Part shown: piece by piece, positions 16,604 through 26,230 of the stretch
Position numbering within the stretch: position 1 is the first letter of the stretch
How the letters are laid out: each line of letters begins with the position of its first letter
The notes under the pieces: generated by a model
Databases searched by the model: none
The model's input: only the letters and a program-made list of their open reading frames with translations
Told to the model about the DNA's origin: nothing
Program-made: the position numbers and the translations under genes
Source of the DNA: an uncultured Ruminococcus sp.
Lineage (GTDB): Bacteria; Bacillota; Clostridia; Monoglobales; Monoglobaceae
NCBI GenBank assembly: GCA_902797885.1
Contig: CADBUP010000171.1
Coordinates: 17,687-81,686 of the forward strand
Direction of reading: 5' to 3'
DNA: 64,000 nt

Positions 16604-17306
16604 TCAGAACATGCGATTCTATGTACAGGTTCAGAATACGCCAAAAGATGCGCAAAAACCATTCAGCAACGGCAGATTTAACGGTACAGACGTAAATCCA
16701 ATGTACCGAATTAAGATGCTCACAATGATGTTTGGTCCAGTTGGCGAAGGTTGGTGGACGGAAGATGAGCAATATACGATGGTTCCTTGTGAAGCAACTG
16801 GTGAAGTCGCCGTCTTCTGCACGCTGAAATTGTTTTATCGTGATCCAGACACCCATGAAGTAAGTAAAGGTATAAGCGGCGTAGGCGGCAATAAGTTCCT
16901 TGTGTCGCAAAAGTCAGGTAAATACTGCAATGATGAAGCCTATAAAATGGCTTACACAGACGCGGTGTCCATCGCCTGTAAAGCACTTGGCTTTTCTCAT
17001 GATATTTATTATCAGAATGATAGAACAAAGTATACAATGTACAATGACAATCAGCCGGATCAACAAGGAACTCAGCCGGCAGTCAACATTCATTCTGCCA
17101 GCTCCGTTGAATTAATTGATAAGATCGCAAAGCGGCTGGATGTTATTGGATCTGGCATGAAGACGACAGAAAAAACGGCTTTTGCCAAGAAAACCATTGT
17201 ACCTATCATTGGTTCTATGAACTACAAAACATGCACAGATATTGATAAACTTCAGAAATTGTTGGACGAACTGAATAAGGACAATACACAGAATAAGGCG
17301 GCATAA
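16575..17306 (+). CDS. Rad52/Sak-like single-strand annealing protein
   Basis: DEAYKMAYTDAVSIACKALGFSHDIYY resembles the conserved Rad52-family helix-hairpin (sDAlKRa...fGiG..lY). Confidence 0.55.
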   Translation: MPEEKMNRTDQNMRFYVQVQNTPKDAQKPFSNGRFNGTDVNPMYRIKMLTMMFGPVGEGWWTEDEQYTMVPCEATGEVAVFCTLKLFYRDPDTHEVSKGISGVGGNKFLVSQKSGKYCNDEAYKMAYTDAVSIACKALGFSHDIYYQNDRTKYTMYNDNQPDQQGTQPAVNIHSASSVELIDKIAKRLDVIGSGMKTTEKTAFAKKTIVPIIGSMNYKTCTDIDKLQKLLDELNKDNTQNKAA

Positions 17307-17308
17307 TC

Positions 17309-17557
17309 ATGAGTCTCGGTTCTGAATGTATATTTGAATCATATGTTTACGAATTAGAACAAAGAGATAGAATCGAACGTGAAGCAGCACAAGGTATATG
17401 GGTCACATATGACGGCAGGCAAATACCTGTCCGCGAAATGACAAGAGACCATATCGAAAAAGCTATGGGCTATATAAAAAGAACAGATAAAACAGATATG
17501 ATGTTGCCATGGCTTACGACATTTAGAAATGAACTAATCAGACGATATGGCGTTTAA
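17309..17557 (+). CDS. hypothetical small protein
   Basis: 82-aa ORF tightly packed after the annealase gene. Confidence 0.6.
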   Translation: MSLGSECIFESYVYELEQRDRIEREAAQGIWVTYDGRQIPVREMTRDHIEKAMGYIKRTDKTDMMLPWLTTFRNELIRRYGV

Positions 17558-17701
17558 TTGTTTTTGCTGCTGTAAGCTGGATGCGAGGGGCGACGGAATG
17601 CAGGTGCCTTGCGGTGGTTGGGTTCGAGTCCCTGGTCGTCCCGAACGTTAACTTACAAGCGGCTAAACCGCATTTACACATTATTAAGGAGAATAAATTA
17701 T

Positions 17702-18124
17702 ATGGCAAATGACGCTCGTGTAAACATTGTTGGTAACATTATCAACGAACCTAAAACAAGTCAGTGGAATAACACTACAATATTAAGCTTTGGCGTTAGC
17801 GTAAGAACAACTAAGAAGCAAGAAGGATCTCAATATTACGAATCCGATATTTACAATGTTTCTGTTTGGGGCAAACAAGGCGAAACGTTGCTGAATCAAA
17901 TTCAGAAAGGAACAATGGTCTGGGTTGAAGGCGATCAAATGATGCGCTCGTATAAGAATAGAAACAACGAGACTGTCACTTCGCCAAGTGTGAATGCGTC
18001 CAGTGTCAAAATTCTGGCCAAAGGAAAATCCAATGGCAATTATCAGCGCCAGGATAACGCGACGAACAATCTGGCAAATCAAATGCAGCAACAGGTGGAT
18101 TCTGAAGAAGAGCCTCCATTCTAA
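17702..18124 (+). CDS. ssb: single-stranded DNA-binding protein
   Basis: AAGGAG RBS upstream of ATG 17702. OB-fold pattern VNIVGNI...FGVSV...WGKQGE. Acidic tail EEEPPF. Confidence 0.8.
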   Translation: MANDARVNIVGNIINEPKTSQWNNTTILSFGVSVRTTKKQEGSQYYESDIYNVSVWGKQGETLLNQIQKGTMVWVEGDQMMRSYKNRNNETVTSPSVNASSVKILAKGKSNGNYQRQDNATNNLANQMQQQVDSEEEPPF

Positions 18125-18137
18125 TAAATAAAAAAAC

Positions 18138-18168
18138 ACCGGCCCTGTCATCAGCGGGGCCGGTTTAA
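18138..18168 (+). terminator. rho-independent terminator
   Basis: CCGGCCC / GGGCCGG stem followed by TTT. Confidence 0.6.
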
Positions 18169-18191
18169 ATTAAAAGGAGAAGGAAAGAGAC

Positions 18192-19801
18192 ATGGATAGT
18201 ATTGCTTCTGCGGTTATTGAATTGGCTAATAAGCACTTTGGAGAATATCGTATCAGGAATGGACAAGTGGTTCCTAAGTATTGTCCGTTCTGCCACGGCG
18301 GACAAAATGGAGATAAGGAAACATTTTCTGTTGGTATGTATAATGGAGCTTTTTCATGTATGCGCGGAAACTGTACTGGCATTTCTGGCGACGGCAAAGG
18401 AACAGAAGGCTCTTTCCAACAGCTATCTAATTATTTCGGAGAATCTGGATTTCAATTTTCCAGTTTGCCGAAAACAATTGGTCTTTCCAAGAAAAAGACT
18501 TATGAACTTCCTGATCCAAACGAACTTCAGCCGCTGACAGACGACATTGTTAATTACATGGGAACTCGTAGCATCTCTCGTCAAACCTTGGATGATTGGG
18601 AAATCGCTTCTGATAAAGACGGGAATATTGTGTTTCCGTTTTACCGGAACGAGAAACTTATTTATGTGAAATATCGCAAGCCTAAGAAGCACACAAAAGA
18701 AGACGGTCCCAAAGAGTGGGCAAAATCCAACACGGAACCGATCCTCTTTGGTATGGATATGGTTTCCTTTAATAAGCCGCTGTGCATCACTGAAGGTGAA
18801 ATTGATTGCCTGTCGCTGTACGAAGCTGGAATTTCCAACGTAGTGTCTGTACCTTCCGGCTGTAACAATATGGAATGGGTCACACTTTGTTGGGATTGGC
18901 TGGAAAACTTTCAACAGATTATTCTGTTTGGAGATTCCGATGAGCCTGGAATGGAAATGTCTTCCACGCTTATGAAGCGACTGGGTGAAGATCGCTGCAT
19001 GATCCCCAAGGAATATCCTGAATGTGTTTATAATGGGCATAATTACAATAGAATCTGTAAGGATGCTAACGAAATTCTGTGCTGTTATGGCCCTGACAAT
19101 TTAAAGACGTTGGTAGAAGCTTGCGAACCTGCGCCGATTAAAGGCGTTCTTCAGGTTTCACAAATTCCATACGTAGATCCAAGAAGCGTTCCAAGAATTA
19201 TGACAGGAATACATACTCTTGATAACATGATTGGTGGGTTCGGAGAATGCGGAATCACGGTAATAAGTGGCATGCGTGGCGAGGGTAAAAGTACGATTAG
19301 TTCTCGCTTTCTTCTTGAGGCAATCGAACAAAATTATAAGTGCTGTGCTTATAGCGCTGAACTTCCTAAAAATCAATTTCTTGATTGGACATTTCTTCCT
19401 GCGACTGAAAGTAAATATGTTACCTATGTAACAGATCCAAGAAACGGAAAAAGAATTCCTCAGGTTCCATTGGAAATCCAGAAAAGAATAAGGAACTGGC
19501 TTGGAGATAGACTGTGGTTGTTTGATAATGGGGCAATTTTTGATGATGATCAACAAACTGCAGTTTTAAAAGTATTTGAAATGTGCGCAAGAAGATATGG
19601 TTGCAAACTTTTCCTGGTAGATAACCTCATGATGCTTCTTACGACTGGAGAAGAAGAAAATGCAGCACAAGGTAGATTTATGGCAAAGCTTAAAGCATTT
19701 GCAAACAAATATAAAGTACATGTTCTTTGTGTGTGCCATCCACGAAAGAAGCCAGCTAACGCTACTTTCTCCAACGATGATGTAGCGGGAAATTCAGTGA
19801 T
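18192..19801 (+). CDS. bifunctional DNA primase-helicase, exon 1
   Basis: Zn finger CPFCHGG...CMRGNC. TOPRIM ITEGEIDCLS...LFGDSDEPG. Walker A GMRGEGKST. Walker B LFLVDNLM. Confidence 0.8.
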
Positions 19802-21063
19802 TAAATTTAGTCACCTCGGCAAGTAATTGTTGAGAAAAATGTGGTGAACCTATACATATAGGGTGTTCCATTTTTGGAGCTAACGGTAAAAATCTAAGTG
19901 ATGTGTTTAAATATATAATGAAAAGGAGGTGAAAGAATGAAACGAGCAGACTTAACTGGACAGACATTCGGGTGGTTAACCGTAGACCATTTTGAAAAAA
20001 TAATAACAGTTGGAAAAAATACAAAAAGAACTTTGTGGTCCTGTACATGTAAGTGCGGAAACACTGCATTTGCAACAACACAGGATTTAAGACAAGGTAA
20101 AGTGGTCTCATGCGGTTGCAAAAAAGCATATAACGCTAAAGATAGAATTATAGACGAAACAGGTAAAATTCATGGATTTCTTCGAGTGAAAGAAAAAGCC
20201 GGATCAGACGAGAATAGAAGAGTTTTATATCGTTGTGAATGTTTGTTGTGTGGAAAAGAGACTATTGTTTCAGGAAAGGCCTTACGTAGAGGCACAACTA
20301 AATCTTGTGGTTGTTTAAAAGTTGAAAATCGAAAGACTTTAGGAAAGAGAACCTTTAAGGATTTAACAGGCAAAACAATAGGGTATCTCTATGTCGAAAG
20401 CAGAGCAGAAAATAAATATTCTCAAGCAGGAAATCAATCAACAATGTGGAATTGCAAATGCCTCCTTTGTGGCGGGAAAACCGTTGTTGCTGGTACTGCA
20501 TTGTGGAATGGTCATACAAGATCTTGTGGATGTCTTCATATGTCATACGCAGAAAAAGACATAAACGATGAATTAATTAAGCTTAAAATTAATTTTTATC
20601 ACGATTATTCTTTCGACGATTTAATCAGCCCTTATTCAACCATGCCTTTACGTTTTGATTTTGCTCTTTTAGATGATTGGGGTTTAGTATTAGCTCTTTT
20701 AGAATATCAAGGAATTCAACACTTTCAAAAATTCAAAGATGGCTTTGGAGATATGCAAAGAGAAATCACAGATCCCATAAAAAAGGAGTATTGTAGAAAC
20801 AATAGCATTCCATTATATGAAATTCGATACAATGAAGAAATTATTCCGGCTCTACATAAAATTCTTTCAATGGTATATAACACATCATATGACAATACCG
20901 TGCCAAGCGAGCAGGAAACTGCTTGAAGGTGTAACGACTATTCCGTAAGGAAGTAGTTTGCAGGCGAAAATCCTGCTTACGAAGTGCCACACTCCTATTC
21001 TCAATAGGATGAAGAGATAGTCTACTCCCCTTGTTAAATATCGGGAAACCGAGGGTATTAAGG
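19802..21063 (+). mobile_element. group I intron (family 1) with homing-endonuclease ORF
   Basis: GGTGAACCTATACATATAGGGTGTTCC, GCTAACGGTAAAAATCTAAG, GGTGTAACGACTATTCC, GAGATAGTCTA and TCGGGAAACCGA. Joining 19801|21064 gives AT+A=Ile and ...AGNSVI|TNIATTVFSLEK. Confidence 0.75.
19937..20926 (+). CDS. intron-encoded homing endonuclease: 3 CxCxCG...SCGC modules + PD-(D/E)XK domain
   Basis: AAGGAGGTG RBS. Contains WSCTCKCGN...SCGC, YRCECLLCGK...SCGC, WNCKCLLCGG...SCGC and LRFDF...LLEYQGIQHF...IPLYEIRY. Confidence 0.75.
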   Translation: MKRADLTGQTFGWLTVDHFEKIITVGKNTKRTLWSCTCKCGNTAFATTQDLRQGKVVSCGCKKAYNAKDRIIDETGKIHGFLRVKEKAGSDENRRVLYRCECLLCGKETIVSGKALRRGTTKSCGCLKVENRKTLGKRTFKDLTGKTIGYLYVESRAENKYSQAGNQSTMWNCKCLLCGGKTVVAGTALWNGHTRSCGCLHMSYAEKDINDELIKLKINFYHDYSFDDLISPYSTMPLRFDFALLDDWGLVLALLEYQGIQHFQKFKDGFGDMQREITDPIKKEYCRNNSIPLYEIRYNEEIIPALHKILSMVYNTSYDNTVPSEQETA

Positions 21064-21313
21064 AACAAATATCGCAACTACAGTATTCAGCTTGGAAAAA
21101 CCTTCAATTCGTGTAACTAAGAATCGAGATTATGGTGAAACAGGCTTTATTCCATGCGACTACGATCCTGTGAATCATAGAATCTTTGAAACTAAATTTG
21201 GTGATAGGGCTGTTTATGGGTGGGATCATACTGGAATTGAAATTCCTGAAGATCAGGCTTGCGCTCTGCCAGAATTTCAGCTTCAATCCAACCGTCAGGA
21301 TCAGCCGTTCTAA
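21064..21313 (+). CDS. primase-helicase, exon 2
   Basis: The frame opens just after the intron 3' hairpin. IRVTKNRDYGETG is the DnaB/gp4-type motif H4 (KNR..G). Confidence 0.65.
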
Positions 21314-21327
21314 AGAAAGGATAGCAT

Positions 21328-21756
21328 ATGATATTTTATTTAATTTTGGCTATTGGAATTATAACACTTATCGCTGCGTGTTTTTGTAACTGGAATCGCG
21401 TTAACGACACTGTTGAAATCGCTTTAGATTTTATTAGCACAGTATTTTGCTGCGCTGCGTTAATTCTTTCTATGATTGTTCTGCTTGTAAATACAAACAT
21501 TGACGCTAAAATCGCTTCCGATCAGGAGCAGTATAGTTCTCTTGTCTATCAATTGGAGAGTGGATCGTTCAACGAAGGCAATTCTGTCGCCAGAAAAGAA
21601 CTGTATAAGGAAATTCAGAAATGGAACGAAGATTTGGCATACAATAAAAAAGCACAGTACGACTTTTGGATTGGTCCCTTCTGTCCTGACTATTACGACA
21701 ATTTTGATTTTATAAGAATTGAAGATGAAGTAAATGCCGAACTGGGTAAGAAATAA
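21328..21756 (+). CDS. membrane protein (2 N-terminal TM segments)
   Basis: AGGA RBS. Hydrophobic N-terminus. Confidence 0.6.
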   Translation: MIFYLILAIGIITLIAACFCNWNRVNDTVEIALDFISTVFCCAALILSMIVLLVNTNIDAKIASDQEQYSSLVYQLESGSFNEGNSVARKELYKEIQKWNEDLAYNKKAQYDFWIGPFCPDYYDNFDFIRIEDEVNAELGKK

Positions 21757-22354
21757 AATAACGTTCTATGGTCCGCAGAACGGAATCGACGAACTGAAAC
21801 AATTTGTTTCCACTGATGAAAGCCTGTTTGACTTCAATCGAATCTTCAAAACACCGGATAGATTAATGTGTGTACCAGCAAGTGAAGACATTGAAGCTTG
21901 TGCAATAGCCTGTCTTAACGCAAAGAATGACGACCTTAATACATGCGATGAATATCAAAGACGCAATTGGGGTTATGATTTTCAAACGTTGGCTGCTTAC
22001 GGCAGAACGTATGAAGACAATGAAATTTTCTTTGGCTATAAAGATTGGTACTCATGGCGATTAGCTAACTGGGGAACAAAGTGGAATTCAGTGGACGCAT
22101 CATGGGAAGGAAACGAATGTACATTTAATACCGCGTGGTCAATACCGCAGCAAATCTATGAAAGACTTGCGCGTACTTTTCCATATATAATGTTCGACGT
22201 GCTATTTGCTGATGAAGACTTAGGGCACAACTGCGGCACCGTTCGTTACAGCGGAGACGGAAGAGTTGTAGTTGATTATGTTGACGAGCTCGACTTTGCA
22301 CGTGATGTGTGGGGAACTACGCTAGAACATGCAGATATAGATTTGCCATTCTAA
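21734..22354 (+). CDS. DUF1281/Api92-like protein
   Basis: MPNWVRNKITF...LANWGTKWN...TAWS pattern. Confidence 0.55.
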   Translation: MPNWVRNKITFYGPQNGIDELKQFVSTDESLFDFNRIFKTPDRLMCVPASEDIEACAIACLNAKNDDLNTCDEYQRRNWGYDFQTLAAYGRTYEDNEIFFGYKDWYSWRLANWGTKWNSVDASWEGNECTFNTAWSIPQQIYERLARTFPYIMFDVLFADEDLGHNCGTVRYSGDGRVVVDYVDELDFARDVWGTTLEHADIDLPF

Positions 22355-22363
22355 GGAGTGCGT

Positions 22364-22819
22364 ATGGACAAAATAAATTCGATCAGAATTTTCTTTGAGA
22401 ACTGTGAATACGCAGACGTTAAAAGAAAAGACTTAGAAAGTATGAGCATTTGTGGCGTAACAAAAAGTTATCATATTAAATCGTTCGCGCAACCCATTTA
22501 TGAAAGTAACACTTGTGAAGAATTGTTTTTACGATTGCTCCCAGCCGCTAATGTTCAGATGACAAACGGTGACACAACATTAACAGTTTTTGAGCGGATA
22601 CAAAGGTATGACGATATCGAATGTATACAAATCAAATATGAAACAAAACCATCCATGGAATTCAGTATTAAATGGAACGGATCACTTGAAACAAATAAGA
22701 ATCAGAGTTCAGTTATTTTGAACAGCGGAATTCTTTTAGTTGTTTGTTCTCCTAACGAAGTAGCACAGAAAATAAAAGAAAGAACAGAGAAACCAGTAAA
22801 AATTTATTACGGAGAGTGA
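22364..22819 (+). CDS. hypothetical protein
   Basis: AAGGAG RBS 5 nt upstream of ATG 22364. Confidence 0.6.
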   Translation: MDKINSIRIFFENCEYADVKRKDLESMSICGVTKSYHIKSFAQPIYESNTCEELFLRLLPAANVQMTNGDTTLTVFERIQRYDDIECIQIKYETKPSMEFSIKWNGSLETNKNQSSVILNSGILLVVCSPNEVAQKIKERTEKPVKIYYGE

Positions 22820-22825
22820 AAAGCT

Positions 22826-22993
22826 TTGACCGCAGAAGAAAGAAAAACAGAAGCTCTGGCCTGGGCGAAAGGCGTTATGGGAAAGATTCTCGACGTTTAC
22901 GTGGATCGTGACTTTGTCGAAGTCGTCGGCAAGGAAGGCGGAGATACACTTACGTTTAGATATTATTCGAAGGATAAGATCTATGAACGATGA
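22826..22993 (+). CDS. hypothetical small protein (TTG start, uncertain)
   Basis: 55-codon ORF filling an otherwise empty gap. Overlaps the next ATG. Confidence 0.3.
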   Translation: MTAEERKTEALAWAKGVMGKILDVYVDRDFVEVVGKEGGDTLTFRYYSKDKIYER

Positions 22994-23165
22994 TGAAAAG
23001 AATTTACTTTGGGATATTCTATGGAAACATAGAAACCACAAGCTGGAAGTAGCACGGTATGGCGGAAATGCCGCTCCTGAAGATGTCTGTCTCGAATGTC
23101 TTGATTGTAACGAAGTTATATTAGACGCTGAACTATATACAATTTGCCCGCAAGAAACGGAGTGA
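22983..23165 (+). CDS. hypothetical small protein (CLECLDC motif)
   Basis: ATG 22983. 60 aa. Confidence 0.5.
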   Translation: MNDDEKNLLWDILWKHRNHKLEVARYGGNAAPEDVCLECLDCNEVILDAELYTICPQETE

Positions 23166-23171
23166 TGTTCT

Positions 23172-23972
23172 TTGCTTGACGAAAACCATAGATATTCATA
23201 CTCTCAGTTATCATCCTTCTCAGAATGTCCATTTAGTTATTACCTATCACATATAGAGCGTCCAAGACCAGAAGAAGCTCCCAACGCCTGGGCTGAGCAA
23301 GGAACATTGATTCATGATCTGCTGGACAAATGGGCAAAGGGCGAACTTAAAAAAGAGGATTTAGCCGCTGAATATACTCGCAGATATGGAGACGAAGTTG
23401 TAACAGCGTTTCCAAGAATGCTGGCAACAAAAGGTTATGCTGAGAAGACATATCAGCAGGGGCTGGAATACTTTGAAAATTTCGATGGCTTTCCAGGTTA
23501 TGAGATAGTTGCAGCAGAAGAAGAGTATAAAATGCCACTGAAACTCACAGACGGAACTGAGCGGCCGTTCATTGCTTACATTGACTTAATTCTAAGAGAT
23601 CTAAGAAACGGCGGACTCGTTGTTATGGACCATAAGTCTAAGTCTTTGGCGTCATTCAAAAAAGATAAAGACAAAATGTATAAACAGCAATTCTTGTACT
23701 CCTATTTCGTTCATGAAAAATACGGCGAGTGGCCTGCCGTTTGCGCTTTTAACCTCTTTAAGGAGAACGGGTACATTGACGAACGTGAATTTACAACAAA
23801 AGAGTATGAGAAAACAATTCAGTGGGCTACAGATGCAATATATGCCATAGAAGAACGTGATCTGCTTGATTGGCTGGAATGTAAAGAGCTTCCAAAGTCG
23901 GGAAAGCCGGATCTGTTCTGTCAATCTATTTGCGGCTGGCATCTCATATGTCCGCAGGCGGCCGGGAGATAG
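23172..23972 (+). CDS. Cas4/RecB-like PD-(D/E)XK exonuclease with 4-Cys cluster
   Basis: YSYSQLSSFSECP...IDLILRD...VMDHKSK (D..D/ExK) and C-terminal CQSICGWHLICP. Confidence 0.7.
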   Translation: MLDENHRYSYSQLSSFSECPFSYYLSHIERPRPEEAPNAWAEQGTLIHDLLDKWAKGELKKEDLAAEYTRRYGDEVVTAFPRMLATKGYAEKTYQQGLEYFENFDGFPGYEIVAAEEEYKMPLKLTDGTERPFIAYIDLILRDLRNGGLVVMDHKSKSLASFKKDKDKMYKQQFLYSYFVHEKYGEWPAVCAFNLFKENGYIDEREFTTKEYEKTIQWATDAIYAIEERDLLDWLECKELPKSGKPDLFCQSICGWHLICPQAAGR

Positions 23973-23974
23973 CT

Positions 23975-24250
23975 ATGAAATTCAAAGATCCTATAGTTGG
24001 TGAGCAATACGATGAGTTTGTCTCCGTAATGCTTCGCTGCGCTGAGAAAAATCAGCTTCCTCAGCTAATGGAAATACGTGATGTTTCTAAAGTTACGCTT
24101 CCAGACATTCACGCCTTTATGTTGAAATTTACAAAAGATACATTGCTGAATATGAAATTTCAAGCTGAACTATGTCCTTACTGCGATAAGCTGCACGCTT
24201 TTTTGTTCGTAGACTATCCAGAAGAGGACGAACAAGAACCTTTAAATTAG
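23975..24250 (+). CDS. hypothetical protein
   Basis: ATG 23975 lies 2 nt after the upstream TAG stop. Confidence 0.55.
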   Translation: MKFKDPIVGEQYDEFVSVMLRCAEKNQLPQLMEIRDVSKVTLPDIHAFMLKFTKDTLLNMKFQAELCPYCDKLHAFLFVDYPEEDEQEPLN

Positions 24251-24260
24251 GAGATGCTAT

Positions 24261-24482
24261 ATGGGCGCTTACAGAGACAGAACAATGACCAATGCTTTCG
24301 GGAATGTAAATAAAGAGTGGAAGTATATGGTACGGCTTGCTGTCAGAATCAGAGAAGGCTATTACACTATAAAAGAAGAACAAGAATACAGGAAACTCTT
24401 TACTGGTATTTATAAACGGCTTTTGGAGGACCCAATGGACCAATTATATCAAGAGCGAGACGGTCGTAAACGTGCCAGCTAA
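24261..24482 (+). CDS. hypothetical small protein
   Basis: AGGAG RBS. 73 aa. Confidence 0.55.
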   Translation: MGAYRDRTMTNAFGNVNKEWKYMVRLAVRIREGYYTIKEEQEYRKLFTGIYKRLLEDPMDQLYQERDGRKRAS

Positions 24483-24511
24483 TCAAAATAAAAAATGGGG
24501 AGTGATGCACT

Positions 24512-26230
24512 TTGCTTGAGTACGAGGGGTATCACATTCACACTTGTTACAGTAATGCCCTAACTCAGCCGGATTCTACTGTGTTCATCAAGGATTACGC
24601 GAAAGCTTACCGAGAACGCGGGCATAAGGTATTGTGCATCTCAGAGCATGGAAATCGATCCAATGTGTGGGAGCAATTCGATATATGCGAAGCGTATAAG
24701 AACGATAAAGACAGTCCTTATGTAATGACGCCGATTGCGGCGGCTGAAGCATATTTTGTTCCAGACAGGCTAAAAGAAGTTGACGGAAAGAAAGACGGCA
24801 GAAACTTTCATTTGATTCTTGTAGCGAAAGACATGGAAGGTTTCTACGAATTAAACGAAGCGTTGTCGGAAGCCAATCTGACAGGTTTCTACAGTAAAGC
24901 CAGAGTGGATTTCGATATTCTGTCTAAGCTGGATTATAAACATTTTATATGCACAACCGCATGTGTAAGTGGCATATTAAAGGATGAAAGCTGCGAGCAG
25001 CTGGCTTGTCAGTTACATGAAATATTTAGAGAGAATTTCTATCTGGAAGTACAGCATCATCCACAAAGAATCCAGGCTGAAACAAATATCAAGGCTCTTC
25101 GGTTATATAAGAAATATAATTGGCCGCTGATCTACGGAACAGACAGTCACTATATTAACAAGGAAGACAAAATTCTGAGAACGGAGTTAATGAAGTCTGC
25201 AAATATAACATATGGCGATGAAGATTCGTTCGATCTTCATTTACCAACGGCGGCTGAAGCGTTCAAACTATTCCAAACTCAGGGCGTGCTGTCTAAAGCT
25301 CAGATCGAAGAAGCTATGGAAAACACTCTAATTTTGAGAGATTTTGAAGGCATACACTTTACAAAAGAAAAGAAGATTCCAAATTCTTATCCAGGAGTAC
25401 CAATAGAAAAAAGAAATTATCTATACAAGAAAACAGTTTGCGACGAATATATTAAGAAGGCAGGTATGCCAAATAAAGAAGAAGCAGCTGAGATTCATGC
25501 GGAAATGGACACGATAGCCGATACAGGTACGGCTGATTATTTCCTTATCATGAAGCGAATCATTGATAAGGGAATTGAATATGGTGGAGTATTAACTACA
25601 ACCGGTCGTGGATCAGGCGCATCGTTCGCAACTAACTACGCTATGGGATTTTCATCGATAAATAGATTACACTGCGCTGTAAAAATGTATCCTGAGCGTT
25701 TTATATCAGCTGATCGTTTGGCTAATGGGCTTCCAGATCTGGATTGCAACATGGCAAATGTATCTGCTTTCGAAAAGGCTGGAAAAGAAATATTAGGCGA
25801 ATATGGATGCCTTCCGATGATTGCGTTTGGAACCGTAAAAACACTATCAGCATTTAAATTGTTGGCCAGGGCCAGAGATTTGGACTTTGACACATCCAAC
25901 GCTGTGTCAAAACAAATTCAGAATTACGAACAAGACGTAAAATACGCCAAAGAAAACAACAGCGATGATCCTGATTATGATGTTGACGATGAAGTGCAAA
26001 TTGAGAATTATATTGACGATCAATACATAAAACTTGTTGAAGATTCAAAGCAGTATAAAGGAATTATAATAAGCACTTCTCCGCATCCCTGCGCTCATCT
26101 TTTATTAGATAAGGATATTCGAAGAGAGATTGGCGTTATTCGTGTCAAATCAAAATCTGGAAACAAGGACGCTGTATATGCCGCATTTATTGACGGAAAG
26201 ACGGCAGATAACTACAACTACTTAAAAGCT
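24512..26230 (+). CDS. DNA polymerase III alpha (DnaE)-like replicative polymerase, exon 1 (PHP + palm)
   Basis: N-terminal PHP signature YHIHTCYSN...ISEHGN. The ORF runs into intron landmarks. Confidence 0.75.

Noticed and set aside
17585-17650. tRNA-like fragment (GGGGCGA...GGTTCGAGTCCC...TCGTCCC)
   Set aside because: Only an acceptor-like pairing and a T-loop-like sequence with a 3-bp stem. At about 57 nt it is too short for a cloverleaf, and no D or anticodon arms can be drawn. It may be a decayed tRNA or a chance match.
17609-17701. N-terminal extension of the SSB ORF from a non-ATG start
   Set aside because: A strong AAGGAG RBS sits before ATG 17702, and OB-fold homology begins there.
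18423-19040. Long antisense ORFs opposite well-supported genes (e.g. 18423-19040, 53454-54035, 49380-49922, 14040-14552, 239-640, 641-1042, 1483-1932, 36752-37111)
   Set aside because: No RBS, biased low-complexity translations and no motifs. Each lies entirely within a gene that has clear motifs on the other strand, so these are shadow ORFs.
23155-23180. Shared start context GGAGTGATGnnCTTTGCTTGA at 23158-23181 and 24497-24521
   Set aside because: Both are simply RBS plus TTG-CTT-GA(C/G) starts of two genes (nuclease, DnaE). About 20 nt of similarity with no further extension is probably coincidence or shared translational context.
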